Positions 8,897 through 18,260 of a DNA stretch of 64,000 nt are shown here, piece by piece. The stretch is from Patescibacteria group bacterium. GTDB lineage: Bacteria; Patescibacteriota; Patescibacteriia; JBHPGJ01. Position 1 is the stretch's first letter, and every line of letters begins with the position of its first letter. Under the pieces are notes generated by a model that was given only the letters and a program-made list of their open reading frames with translations, was not told the origin of the DNA and searched no databases. The stretch is from positions 275 to 64,274 of the forward strand of contig JBHPGJ010000007.1 of NCBI GenBank assembly GCA_042570545.1. The letters run 5' to 3'. Both the position numbers and the translations under genes were made by a program.

Positions 8897-9210
8897 ATTT
8901 TTACCAAGCTGTCTATCAAGTTGTAAGCAAGATTCCCAAAGGCAAAGTAGCTACCTATGGGCAAGTAGCGACAATACTATCGTCAGCCAGATCGGCCCAA
9001 GTAGTCGGCTGGGCGCTCAGGGCGTTACCAGAAGACAGTAATATTCCGTGGCAGCGAGTGGTCGGTCGACAAGGGCGAATTACCATTATTCATCCCCGAG
9101 CACCGAAAGAATTACAAGCCAAGCTGTTGACAAGAGAGGGAATCAAAGTTGAGAAAAAGGAAAATAATTTCTTTATTGATCTAAATATATACTTATGGCG
9201 GATAAAATAA
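8893..9210 (+). CDS. alkyltransferase-like protein (MGMT-family DNA-binding domain with Trp replacing the catalytic Cys)
   Basis: MGMT C-terminal domain motifs (KGKVATYGQVA); active-site PCHR replaced by PWQR, as in non-catalytic ATL proteins. Confidence 0.6.
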   Translation: MNFYQAVYQVVSKIPKGKVATYGQVATILSSARSAQVVGWALRALPEDSNIPWQRVVGRQGRITIIHPRAPKELQAKLLTREGIKVEKKENNFFIDLNIYLWRIK

Positions 9211-9941
9211 GCAGTCATAAAATGCAGACACTTTTTCGTCTGCCCCAGTATTATAAGACGATTATCAATCATTTAGTGAACACTGAAAGTGAAGTACAAA
9301 TGCTGGAAAAAATTTTTTTACATCATCAAATAGTATCAGTTCTAGATATTGCTTGCGGTGTGGGCCGACATGCTATTCTCTTGGCAAAAAAAAGATATTA
9401 CATAACCGCTGTTGATTATTCACAACCGCAAATAGATCAAGCCAGAAAAGACGCCAAGAAAGAACGGGCCGCAGTAAAATTTTTAAAAAAAGACGTAAAC
9501 AATTTTGTAAGTCAAAAAAAATACGACGCCGCAATCTGTATGTGGACAACCATCGGCGAGGAACCATTACAATACAGACGGGTAATAAGAAATGTCTATA
9601 AATCCTTAAAAAGAAACGGTATTTTTGTAATAGACAACAGAAGCTGGGAGTACATACCAAAGAAGGGCAAAGAAATAATTACGAATAAAGTGACACAAAA
9701 CCAGATTCAGGTAAAATCACGCCTTCATGATCGTTATACCCAAAATTTTAGAGTAAGAAATGCCGAGTATACTATTAAGGGTAAAAAATATCATGACTTA
9801 TGTATAACCCATCTTCTAAAAGAACAGGACTGGCTCGAGCAGCTAAAAGAAGCTGGTTTTACTCGTTTTACCATCTGGCATGATCGAGAGAAAAAACGTT
9901 TAAAGAGACCAAAACACGTGACCATTGTAGCTCAGAAATAA
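9195..9941 (+). CDS. class I SAM-dependent methyltransferase
   Basis: Motif I VLDIACGVGRH; acidic residue at end of beta2 (VDYS). Confidence 0.6.
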   Translation: MADKISSHKMQTLFRLPQYYKTIINHLVNTESEVQMLEKIFLHHQIVSVLDIACGVGRHAILLAKKRYYITAVDYSQPQIDQARKDAKKERAAVKFLKKDVNNFVSQKKYDAAICMWTTIGEEPLQYRRVIRNVYKSLKRNGIFVIDNRSWEYIPKKGKEIITNKVTQNQIQVKSRLHDRYTQNFRVRNAEYTIKGKKYHDLCITHLLKEQDWLEQLKEAGFTRFTIWHDREKKRLKRPKHVTIVAQK

Positions 9942-10349
9942 TTGACCAAAACAAAGACTTATGGCATTCTAATTAACCACAATCCTATGATGAGAAAATA
10001 TTACAACAAATTAATTCGCGATAAAATACCGGAAGTTATGGGTAAAAAAGGCAAGGCTTATGAAACTAAACGCCTGTCAGCTAAAGAGTACCGACGTGAA
10101 TTGTTAAAAAAAGTTGGCGAAGAAGCCAGCGCTCTGCCAAAATTGGATAAAAAAGAAGACCTAGCAGACGAACTGGCCGATGTGATTGAGGTTATTGATG
10201 AAGTTAAGCGAACTTATAAAATAACCGATGAAGATTTAAAAAATTCTCAGAAAAAGAATCGGCGTCGTAAGGGAGGATTTAAAAAAAGACTATTTTTGTA
10301 CTGGTCGGAAGACGATGGTTATCAGACCAATGAGCGCCGTAATGTGTAA
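9942..10349 (+). CDS. MazG-like nucleoside triphosphate pyrophosphohydrolase (small all-alpha house-cleaning NTPase)
   Basis: KLIRDKIPE...EELADVIEVIDEV resembles MazG/HisE-like EExxD/E motifs. Confidence 0.5.
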   Translation: MTKTKTYGILINHNPMMRKYYNKLIRDKIPEVMGKKGKAYETKRLSAKEYRRELLKKVGEEASALPKLDKKEDLADELADVIEVIDEVKRTYKITDEDLKNSQKKNRRRKGGFKKRLFLYWSEDDGYQTNERRNV

Positions 10350-10356
10350 ATCTCAT

Positions 10357-10431
10357 GCGGGTATAGTATAACGGCTATTATGTCAGGTTTCCAACCTGAG
10401 GATAAGGGTTCGATTCCCTTTACCCGCTCCA
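10357..10431 (+). tRNA. tRNA-Gly (anticodon TCC)
   Basis: GCGGGTATAGTATAACGG...; anticodon stem TCAGG/CCTGA with loop TTTCCAA; GTTCGATTCC; CCA encoded. Confidence 0.8.
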
Positions 10432-10458
10432 CCTGACTATTGATCTAACAGATTAATT

Positions 10459-10911
10459 ATGACCATGAAAAAACAAGTTGGCGTTGGTGTTGGCATCATG
10501 ATTATGAGAGATAATAAGGTATTATTGGGCCAGCGGCACCACGATCGTAAAAAGGCCGGCAGCAGATTTCACGCTGAGGGCACCTGGACATTGCCGGGTG
10601 GTAAAGTTGATTACGGCGAAACCTTAGAAATGAGTGCCATTCGTGAAATTGCCGAGGAAACGGGTTTACGGGTGGACAAAAAACAGCTAAAATTAGTCAG
10701 CTTGTCAGATGACCGAGCCCCGGAGGCTCATTTTGTATCAGTTGGTTTCCTGATTGATGATTTTGTGGGCGAACCAGAGGTTTTAGAACCTGATACGATT
10801 ACCAAATGGCACTGGTTTCCGCTTGATGAGCTTCCTCAGCCGATGTATTTTCCCAGCCAAAGAGTAATTGAAAACTACCAACGGGGTATAATATACCAAG
10901 AAAATAAGTAA
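10459..10911 (+). CDS. NUDIX hydrolase
   Basis: Nudix box GGKVDYGETLEMSAIREIAEETGL (GX5EX7REUXEEXGU). Confidence 0.7.
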   Translation: MTMKKQVGVGVGIMIMRDNKVLLGQRHHDRKKAGSRFHAEGTWTLPGGKVDYGETLEMSAIREIAEETGLRVDKKQLKLVSLSDDRAPEAHFVSVGFLIDDFVGEPEVLEPDTITKWHWFPLDELPQPMYFPSQRVIENYQRGIIYQENK

Positions 10912-11000
10912 AATAAGCATTTTTTAACAATTACTATATATAGTAGTAGATACCCCCCTATTGACACTATATGTAGTATGGAGTATAATCATTAGTAGGA

Positions 11001-11207
11001 ATGGCTATGACCGTCAATGAGCATCATCATGAGTTCAGGTGCCAAGGCTGTAACAAGCTTTTATTTAAGGCCATCTTGATAGACAGCGAAGTAGAGGTAA
11101 AATGTAAGCGCTGTGGTCGGATGAATCTATATAAAGGCGAGGATGCTAATAAATATGTGTGCCATATCTATCCTTGTCCTCATCGTGTCCCAGTAAAAAT
11201 TAAATAA
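11001..11207 (+). CDS. small zinc-ribbon protein (CxxC...CxxC), unknown function
   Basis: CQGCN...CKRCG pairs; 68 aa, directly upstream of the nrdD leader. Confidence 0.4.
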   Translation: MAMTVNEHHHEFRCQGCNKLLFKAILIDSEVEVKCKRCGRMNLYKGEDANKYVCHIYPCPHRVPVKIK

Positions 11208-11322
11208 TTATAAAAATAAGAAGCTCAAACGAAGCTCGTTAATACTTAGGTGGGTTTTTCGCTGTCCGCGGCTTTTAAACCCCACAAATTAATAAATAAA
11301 TTGATTTTAAACGGCAAAAACC

Positions 11323-13440
11323 ATGCCAGTCTATAAAATACAGAAACGAAACGGCGCTATTGTTGATTTTGATGCGCACAAAATTAAAAAAGCTATTGAT
11401 TTAGCGTTTAAAGCTGTTGGACACGAAGATGGTAAGATCGCTACTAGGCTAACCAAAGAAATTACCCGCAAAATTGAGGATAAATTCGTCGACGCTATAC
11501 CAACGGTTGAGCAAATCCAAGATATTGTTGAAGAAATATTAATTATCAACGACTTTTCTGATGTAGCCAAAGCCTATATCCTTTACCGGGAAAAGCGACG
11601 GGAAGCCAGAGAAGAAAAGGACGTAACTATTGAGGTAGAAAAGACCCTTAACGAATATCTGGATAAACTTGACTGGCGGGTAAATGCTAATTCTAATCAA
11701 GGGTATTCGCTGGGTGGGCTGATCCTTAATAGCTCGGGCAAGGTAACGGCCAATTATTGGCTGTCTCACATATATCCCAAAGCGGTGGGTGATGCTCATC
11801 GTAATGCCGATATACACATACACGACTTGGATATGTTTTCCGGTTATTGTGCCGGCTGGAGTCTGCGGATGTTATTGGAAGAAGGCTTTAATGGCGTACC
11901 GGACAAAGTAGAATCAAAACCGCCCAATCATCTCAGCTCAGCCGTTGCCCAAATGGTAAACTTTCTCGGCACCCTACAGAATGAGTGGGCTGGAGCCCAG
12001 GCTTTTTCCAGTTTTGATACTTATCTGGCTCCCTACGTTAAGAAATATGAAGAAGAGATTAGGCAAGGCATGGAGAAGGCCGGCATGTCTTTTGAATCTG
12101 ATGAAAAGAAGGAGAATTACATCAAAGACAACGTATATGATTATGTTTATCAGAATATGCAGTCTTACGTTTTTAACCTTAATATTCCTTCTCGCTGGGG
12201 CACGCAAACGCCCTTTACCAACATTACTCTTGATTGGACCTGCCCAGAAGACTTGAAAGACCAGCGACTAATGATGGGCGGAGAGCCATTTCCCTATACT
12301 TTCGGTGAATTACAAAATGAAATGGACATAATCAATCAAGCTTTTATAGAAGTGATGACCAAGGGCGATGCCAAAGGCCGGACTTTTACATTTCCCATTC
12401 CGACATACAACATAACTAAAGATTTTGATTGGAACGATCCTAAGAACTTGCCGTTATTTGAGATGACAGCCAAATATGGCACCCCCTATTTTCAGAATTT
12501 CCTCAACTCTGACCTTAATCCCAGCGATGTCCGATCGATGTGCTGCCGGCTGCAACTAGACTTGAAAGAATTGCGAAAACGAGGTGGCGGGTTGTTTGGT
12601 TCAGCAGAAATGACTGGTTCAATTGGCGTCGTAACTATTAACACCGCTCGTTTGGGCTATATTTACCAAGGCGACAAACAGAAATTTATCGACCGTTTAG
12701 ACCATTTAATGGAACTAGGCAAGACATCCTTAGAAATAAAACGTAAAGAAATCAAAAAGTGGATGGATCGAGGCTTGTTTCCTTTTACCAAACGCTACTT
12801 AGTAAGATTAAACCATCATTTTTCCACCATTGGCATAAATGGTTTGAATGAAGCCATTAGAAATTTAACTAACGACAAAGAAAATGTCTCTACTAAATTT
12901 GGACAGAAATTTGCCAAGGACATACTCGATCATGTTCGTCAGCGATTAAAAGAGTTTCAAGAAGAAACAGGCAATCTATATAATTTGGAAGCTACACCGG
13001 CCGAGGGGGCTACCTATCGTTTTGCTAAAGAAGACCAGAAACGATTTCCAGATATTATACAAGCTGGTACCCACGATGCTCCATTTTACACCAATTCCAC
13101 ACAATTACCGGTCGGCTTGACCGATGACGTCTTTGAAGCTCTTGAGCTACAGGACGAATTACAAACCAAGTACACTGGCGGCACCGTCTTCCACAGCTAC
13201 ATGAACGAACGTATATCGTCAGCCGAAGCTTGCCGTGATTTGGTCAGAAAGATCTTATCAAACCACCGACTACCGTATCTAACTATTACGCCTACTTTCT
13301 CTATTTGCCCAAAACATGGTTATCTCAATGGCGAACATGATTATTGCCCACGTTGCGATGAGGCAATTGGACTGAGCAAGGAAAGCACAATTAACATGGA
13401 AGAGCGTCAGAAATTCGTTAGCAAAAAAGCTGAGAAATAA
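11323..13440 (+). CDS. nrdD: anaerobic ribonucleoside-triphosphate reductase large subunit (class III RNR), body without the glycyl-radical domain
   Basis: N-terminal ATP-cone (VYKIQKRNGAIVDFDAHKI); C-terminal Zn-ribbon (CPKH...CPRC); 705 aa. Confidence 0.85.
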   Translation: MPVYKIQKRNGAIVDFDAHKIKKAIDLAFKAVGHEDGKIATRLTKEITRKIEDKFVDAIPTVEQIQDIVEEILIINDFSDVAKAYILYREKRREAREEKDVTIEVEKTLNEYLDKLDWRVNANSNQGYSLGGLILNSSGKVTANYWLSHIYPKAVGDAHRNADIHIHDLDMFSGYCAGWSLRMLLEEGFNGVPDKVESKPPNHLSSAVAQMVNFLGTLQNEWAGAQAFSSFDTYLAPYVKKYEEEIRQGMEKAGMSFESDEKKENYIKDNVYDYVYQNMQSYVFNLNIPSRWGTQTPFTNITLDWTCPEDLKDQRLMMGGEPFPYTFGELQNEMDIINQAFIEVMTKGDAKGRTFTFPIPTYNITKDFDWNDPKNLPLFEMTAKYGTPYFQNFLNSDLNPSDVRSMCCRLQLDLKELRKRGGGLFGSAEMTGSIGVVTINTARLGYIYQGDKQKFIDRLDHLMELGKTSLEIKRKEIKKWMDRGLFPFTKRYLVRLNHHFSTIGINGLNEAIRNLTNDKENVSTKFGQKFAKDILDHVRQRLKEFQEETGNLYNLEATPAEGATYRFAKEDQKRFPDIIQAGTHDAPFYTNSTQLPVGLTDDVFEALELQDELQTKYTGGTVFHSYMNERISSAEACRDLVRKILSNHRLPYLTITPTFSICPKHGYLNGEHDYCPRCDEAIGLSKESTINMEERQKFVSKKAEK

Positions 13441-13462
13441 ATTAGCAAATTAATATAATCTT

Positions 13463-13636
13463 ATGGCTAGTCAAACAAACAAAACGCGAACCCGATGCGA
13501 AGTGTGGACCAGGGTAATGGGCTATCATCGTCCAGTATCACACTTCAATATTGGCAAAAAAGCTGAACACTACTCGCGCAAACATTTTCAAGAGTGTGTA
13601 GCCGATAATAAAGCTTTTCGCGAGAAATATAATTAA
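13463..13636 (+). CDS. detached glycyl-radical domain of NrdD (57 aa)
   Basis: TRVMGYHRPVSHFNIGKKAEHYSRKHF matches the NrdD C-terminal glycyl-radical motif (RVCGYLG...FNAGKQEE..R..H). Stops are present in all three frames between 13438 and 13453, so this is a separate ORF. Confidence 0.6.
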   Translation: MASQTNKTRTRCEVWTRVMGYHRPVSHFNIGKKAEHYSRKHFQECVADNKAFREKYN

Positions 13637-13652
13637 TTAAGTTAAGCTAAAG

Positions 13653-14363
13653 ATGCTGATAAGTGGTATCCAGCGTTTTACCATGCTGGATTATCCTGGT
13701 AAAACCAGTTGCATTGTCTTTGTTCCTGGTTGTAATTTTCGCTGCGGTTATTGTCATAATCCGGAATTTGTCTTACCAAAATTGATACAGAAAATAAAAG
13801 ATAGTTTTATTCCCGAAGAAAATTTCTTTAAATTTCTGAATAAACGCCAGGGCCTGCTTGATGGCGTAACCATCTCCGGCGGTGAGCCAACAATTATGCC
13901 CGACCTGGCTGATTTTATACAGCGGATTAAAAATATGGGTTTCTTGGTAAAAATTGATACTAATGGCAATCTTCCCGATCGTCTTAAAACAATTATTGAT
14001 TTGGGACTGGTTGATTACATAGCTATGGATCTGAAAACCAGCAGCGAACATTATTCTAAACTGGTTGGTCCAGGGGCTGATAAAGATAAAATTAATCAAA
14101 GCATAGTGCTTATTAAAGACAGTGGCGTGCCTTACGAATTTCGTTCAACATTAATTCGTGATATTCACGATAAACCAAAGCTTATGAAAATGGCCGAAAT
14201 GATCTCCGGTGCCGATAAATTATACCTGCAGTACTTTCGCTCCGGGCACACTCTCGATCCGGCATACAATAAATACAAGCCTTTTAGCGAACACGAGACC
14301 AAAAAGATGGCCAAAGAAATATTTGAACCATACGTGAGAGAAGTATTTATCAGAGAAGCCTAG
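13653..14363 (+). CDS. nrdG: anaerobic RNR activating protein (radical SAM)
   Basis: CNFRCGYCHNPE radical-SAM cluster motif; 236 aa; adjacent to nrdD. Confidence 0.8.
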   Translation: MLISGIQRFTMLDYPGKTSCIVFVPGCNFRCGYCHNPEFVLPKLIQKIKDSFIPEENFFKFLNKRQGLLDGVTISGGEPTIMPDLADFIQRIKNMGFLVKIDTNGNLPDRLKTIIDLGLVDYIAMDLKTSSEHYSKLVGPGADKDKINQSIVLIKDSGVPYEFRSTLIRDIHDKPKLMKMAEMISGADKLYLQYFRSGHTLDPAYNKYKPFSEHETKKMAKEIFEPYVREVFIREA

Positions 14364-14388
14364 GTAGTGATCTTCTGGGCTTATGAAA

Positions 14389-15780
14389 TTATTTCTTCTC
14401 TTTCCTTTTAGTTGCGGTGGGGAACTCGACTATAAACTGCGAACCAGTACCTTCAATACTTTGGACTTCAATTGTGCCGCCCATAAGTTCAGTAAGTTGC
14501 TTGGTAATCCACAAGCCTAAGCCCGTACCACTGATTTCTCTAGTCTTGTCAGTTTGTACGCGGTAGAACTTTGTAAATAATCTTTCGGTGTCTTTAGCGC
14601 TCATGCCGATTCCGGTATCCTCAAATTTAATACGTACTTTATTATCAATTACTTCAGTCATGATGTTTACATGTCCTCGTTCGGTATATTTGAGACCATT
14701 GCCGGCCAGATTAATTAATATTTGCTTAAATCTATCTTGATCGACATATATTAGCGGCAGATCTTCTGTTGGTCGATAATTGAATTCTAGATTTTTATTG
14801 TCGGCCAATGGTCTTAATTCGGTTATCACTTGTTCAATTATTGGACCGATGGCCGTATTGGCTGGTTCAATTTTAAGTCGTCCTTGCTCAATGCGAGAGA
14901 CGTTTAGCAGGTCTTCCACTAATTCGGCCAATCTTTCGGCGCCCGAACTAACGGACTTTAGCGCCTCCTTGGCCTTGGGCGGCAGCTGTCCCATGCTATC
15001 ACTCAGTACCATCTCTAGATACCCCCTAATGCCGGTAATTGGAGTCCGCAATTCATGCGAAGCCATAGAAATAAACTCATCTTTCATTTGATCTACTTCT
15101 TTTAGCTTGCGGAATAGTAGAGCATACTGGAATAAGCGATTATTACTAAAGAGCAGCAAGACGACGACAAAAATTGTTATACCCAAGATTATCATAGCGT
15201 TGGTAACGCTGGACCGAACAAGATCATCAATGACCGCTGACGATATTTTCATACTCACTAGAGCCTGCTTGTCTCCAGCACTGTCGTAAAGGGGACTTAC
15301 AACTTGCCAAAATCGTCTATCACCTTGTCCGCGTTGAGATTGTTCGACTGAGGAAAAAGTATCCGACCTTGTCTGGTAGGCAATAGTTTCCTCCTCGTGC
15401 CAGGCGATGGAGTTATTAAGAGCGTCAGTTGTTTCGCCGATGGCATTTTTTGATAAACTGGCCACTACGACAAAATCTTCACCTTTTGGTTTGAGGATAT
15501 CAATAGCCCACACTTCCTCACTGGCTGCCGCCACTTCAGTTGCAATTCGCTGTAATTTCTTCTCATCATTCAGCAGCTCTTTGGTAGTTGATTGAAATAT
15601 TTTTTCAGCTAGCAGAGCCTTGCGCTGCAATTCAATATCCATATTATCTTGGGCCGTCTGCACGGTGACTAAGGTGTTGTACACCAAAGCGGCTGGTATT
15701 AGTACCATCAGCAAGGTGGCAAATACCAGCTGTCCCCGCTCACTAACAAAAATCCCTGGGAATTTTTTAAATAACCTCAT
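14389..15780 (-). CDS. sensor histidine kinase (2 TM, periplasmic sensor, HisKA + HATPase_c)
   Basis: H-box HELRTPITGIRGY; N/G1/G2 boxes (NLAGNGLKYT, DTGIGM, GTGLGL). Confidence 0.8.
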   Translation of the reverse strand: MRLFKKFPGIFVSERGQLVFATLLMVLIPAALVYNTLVTVQTAQDNMDIELQRKALLAEKIFQSTTKELLNDEKKLQRIATEVAAASEEVWAIDILKPKGEDFVVVASLSKNAIGETTDALNNSIAWHEEETIAYQTRSDTFSSVEQSQRGQGDRRFWQVVSPLYDSAGDKQALVSMKISSAVIDDLVRSSVTNAMIILGITIFVVVLLLFSNNRLFQYALLFRKLKEVDQMKDEFISMASHELRTPITGIRGYLEMVLSDSMGQLPPKAKEALKSVSSGAERLAELVEDLLNVSRIEQGRLKIEPANTAIGPIIEQVITELRPLADNKNLEFNYRPTEDLPLIYVDQDRFKQILINLAGNGLKYTERGHVNIMTEVIDNKVRIKFEDTGIGMSAKDTERLFTKFYRVQTDKTREISGTGLGLWITKQLTELMGGTIEVQSIEGTGSQFIVEFPTATKRKEKK

Positions 15781-17993
15781 GATCCAGATATAGTCGGTTT
15801 ATTCTGCCGGCGATTATAGCTGAAATAGAAGATTGCTAAAATTATGATTACGACTATACTAATAGCCAAAATTATATAAAGAGTAAGCAAATTATTATCT
15901 GACGAGACATCTACATCAGCCCGCAAGAAATCTTCCTCACTAATAGCGATTGCTTCCGAGATAAAGAAAGCCAAAGGATTGCCCTTTTCAGTAACCTTAC
16001 CGGTGTCGTCAGTAATAGTGACATAGACTTCGTGCCGGCCCTCCTCTAACGGCTTATCAACTATGTATGTCCAATTGCCATCATCATCGGTCTTGGTAGT
16101 AACTACCAGAGGATTGGAGTATATATATAACGTCACTATAGAATTTGGTGGTCCGACGCCCCTGAGCACGACGTATGGTTTTTCAATAGTTGGCAGCTGG
16201 AGATTGTCAACATCGTAGACTTTTAATTTATCCGGTACAAGTTCACCGCCTTGCCGCGGACCCAGTGATTCATCCACCGTATCCTCGATTGTTCGCGGCT
16301 TGGACTGGTTTTTAATAATACTCTCAATCTCCTCTAAGCTGTCTATATTTTCAGCGTCTACACCTTGTTGTCTTAAGGATACTATTACGTCACTCAGGTC
16401 CTGAGCCGGCTGACCACTGCCGTCAGTTGGCGGCGAGCCATTGTTTACGGTTACAGTCTTTTTATCAGACTCAAATGCCTGACCATCCAGATCAGTGAAA
16501 TTGGCGTATAGTTGATAACTACCATCCTTAATGTTCTTGGTATCATAAGTTAATGACCATATTTCAGGTATATTCGTTCGCGTAGCCCTGCCTAAATAGT
16601 AATTTTGATTGCCAGCGCTGATAGCATTAAGTTCAATATTACCGACACCGCCCAGAACGCCGACATTAAGTGTTACTATACCTGATATGGTGGTGGGGAT
16701 ATTGGCTAATTCGATTTTAGGCAACAGTAAAATAAAGTTAATAAATCCCTTCCCGGTTATTTGTCCAGAGTAATCATATTCGGTTAATTCAATAATGTGT
16801 CTGCCCGGCGGTAAAACATACGGCAGTGAGTAGATAAAGCGATTACGTCCATCGCTGCTCTCACGCAGATCAGCCGCTACCGTGCTGGCGTTATCAATTT
16901 GTATTGAAACTTGCCGTTGTTTATCTACGCTGCCCTCTACTCTATCAATAGAAAAGTACTGAGCATTTTGTCTGGGAAAATCAACGTTAATACTACCCTC
17001 ATTGATCGTAGGTTGATCATTTCCAGTAGCGGGAGTTTCGTCATCACTTATTGAACCATCTGTCGTTGGGTCACCAGTGGAGCCATCGGTTGTATTATCG
17101 CCTGCCGACTGATCGTTTGGGGTGCCATCATCATTAACATTATTAATAATAATAGAGGCCGAAGTTTTTAATCGAGGACCATAATGCGTTTGACCAATCG
17201 GTAAATATTCAACGTTGACAGTGTGTGATAAGTCTTCAGTCAAAGCGGTTTTAGTCGTGTCTAAAATATATCTATACCAACCATTGTTATCGGGATTATT
17301 TACTGACATATAATCTGCAATAGTAGGATCACCACCGGCTGTTTGATTAACATAAAATAACATATATTCAATATGACCAGTCGGTTTGGCCATAAACAGT
17401 ACTTGTCCGGCCACCTTCTCATTATCTCTTGGACCGTATAATGATAAAGTATTTCTAACTCTAAATCTTTGATAATCGCTGCAAGCCCATTCCCCGGTAC
17501 CTAAAAGACTCTGACGACATACTTTAATATTCCAAGGCCCATTGGCTAACGGTATGGTGTCTAACGGAACTTTGCCATATAATTGGTTGGTATAAATACT
17601 ATTATAAGTAGGAATATCTGATACTGGAATCATAAATCTACCGGTATATTTAATCGGTGCGGTCATGTAAATAAATCTGATTTCCACCTCGTCTTTTAAT
17701 TCAGTCTTGTTGATTAGACCATCAAATCTAACGCCAATCTCTTGAGTGCCTCTAATGGTAGTATTTAAGGCTGGCGAAATAATAGTTGGCGGTAACAGAA
17801 CATTACCCAAGCCACTGTTGGGGTCTTGGTTTATGGTATCATCTTCTCCAAGCACCCTACCCCTGTCGGAATCTGATTGGAAGACATATGAATTTGCATA
17901 CAAACTAAACGCGACCATTACAACAAGACCCGCCAGGCTGATGTATAGCAGGTTGACTCGCTTTAACAATCCGTCACTACCTCCAGGATTCAT
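15777..17993 (-). CDS. large surface protein (738 aa) with N-terminal signal anchor, Ser/Thr/Asp-rich linker and C-terminal TM anchor
   Basis: ORF track; hydrophobic N- and C-terminal segments; low-complexity DGS/TDG repeats; stop overlaps the HK start (ATGA). Confidence 0.55.
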   Translation of the reverse strand: MNPGGSDGLLKRVNLLYISLAGLVVMVAFSLYANSYVFQSDSDRGRVLGEDDTINQDPNSGLGNVLLPPTIISPALNTTIRGTQEIGVRFDGLINKTELKDEVEIRFIYMTAPIKYTGRFMIPVSDIPTYNSIYTNQLYGKVPLDTIPLANGPWNIKVCRQSLLGTGEWACSDYQRFRVRNTLSLYGPRDNEKVAGQVLFMAKPTGHIEYMLFYVNQTAGGDPTIADYMSVNNPDNNGWYRYILDTTKTALTEDLSHTVNVEYLPIGQTHYGPRLKTSASIIINNVNDDGTPNDQSAGDNTTDGSTGDPTTDGSISDDETPATGNDQPTINEGSINVDFPRQNAQYFSIDRVEGSVDKQRQVSIQIDNASTVAADLRESSDGRNRFIYSLPYVLPPGRHIIELTEYDYSGQITGKGFINFILLLPKIELANIPTTISGIVTLNVGVLGGVGNIELNAISAGNQNYYLGRATRTNIPEIWSLTYDTKNIKDGSYQLYANFTDLDGQAFESDKKTVTVNNGSPPTDGSGQPAQDLSDVIVSLRQQGVDAENIDSLEEIESIIKNQSKPRTIEDTVDESLGPRQGGELVPDKLKVYDVDNLQLPTIEKPYVVLRGVGPPNSIVTLYIYSNPLVVTTKTDDDGNWTYIVDKPLEEGRHEVYVTITDDTGKVTEKGNPLAFFISEAIAISEEDFLRADVDVSSDNNLLTLYIILAISIVVIIILAIFYFSYNRRQNKPTISGS

Positions 17994-18260
17994 ACATATG
18001 GTTTTTATTTTTTACCTTAAAATTATAACAGAAAAATTTTGTTATGTCAATTTAAAATATAATATTTTCTTTGTTTTTATTGACCCAAACAGCAATTTAT
18101 AATATTATATTAGATAACTAAATTAACTCGTCCTTTCAATCTTCCGGCTTACTGCGCCTTATCTATAATGATGAGTCTTTTTAAGGAGGTGGCAACACCG
18201 AGACTCAAAGCAGTCCCTATGGCATGTTTACCCTTGGTTTAGAAACCGAAAGGCAATATC

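Noticed and set aside
13438-13465. Sequencing frameshift as explanation for the NrdD split
   Set aside because: All three frames contain stop codons within 13438-13453 (TAA, TAG, TAA), so no single indel can fuse the two ORFs; at least two changes would be needed.
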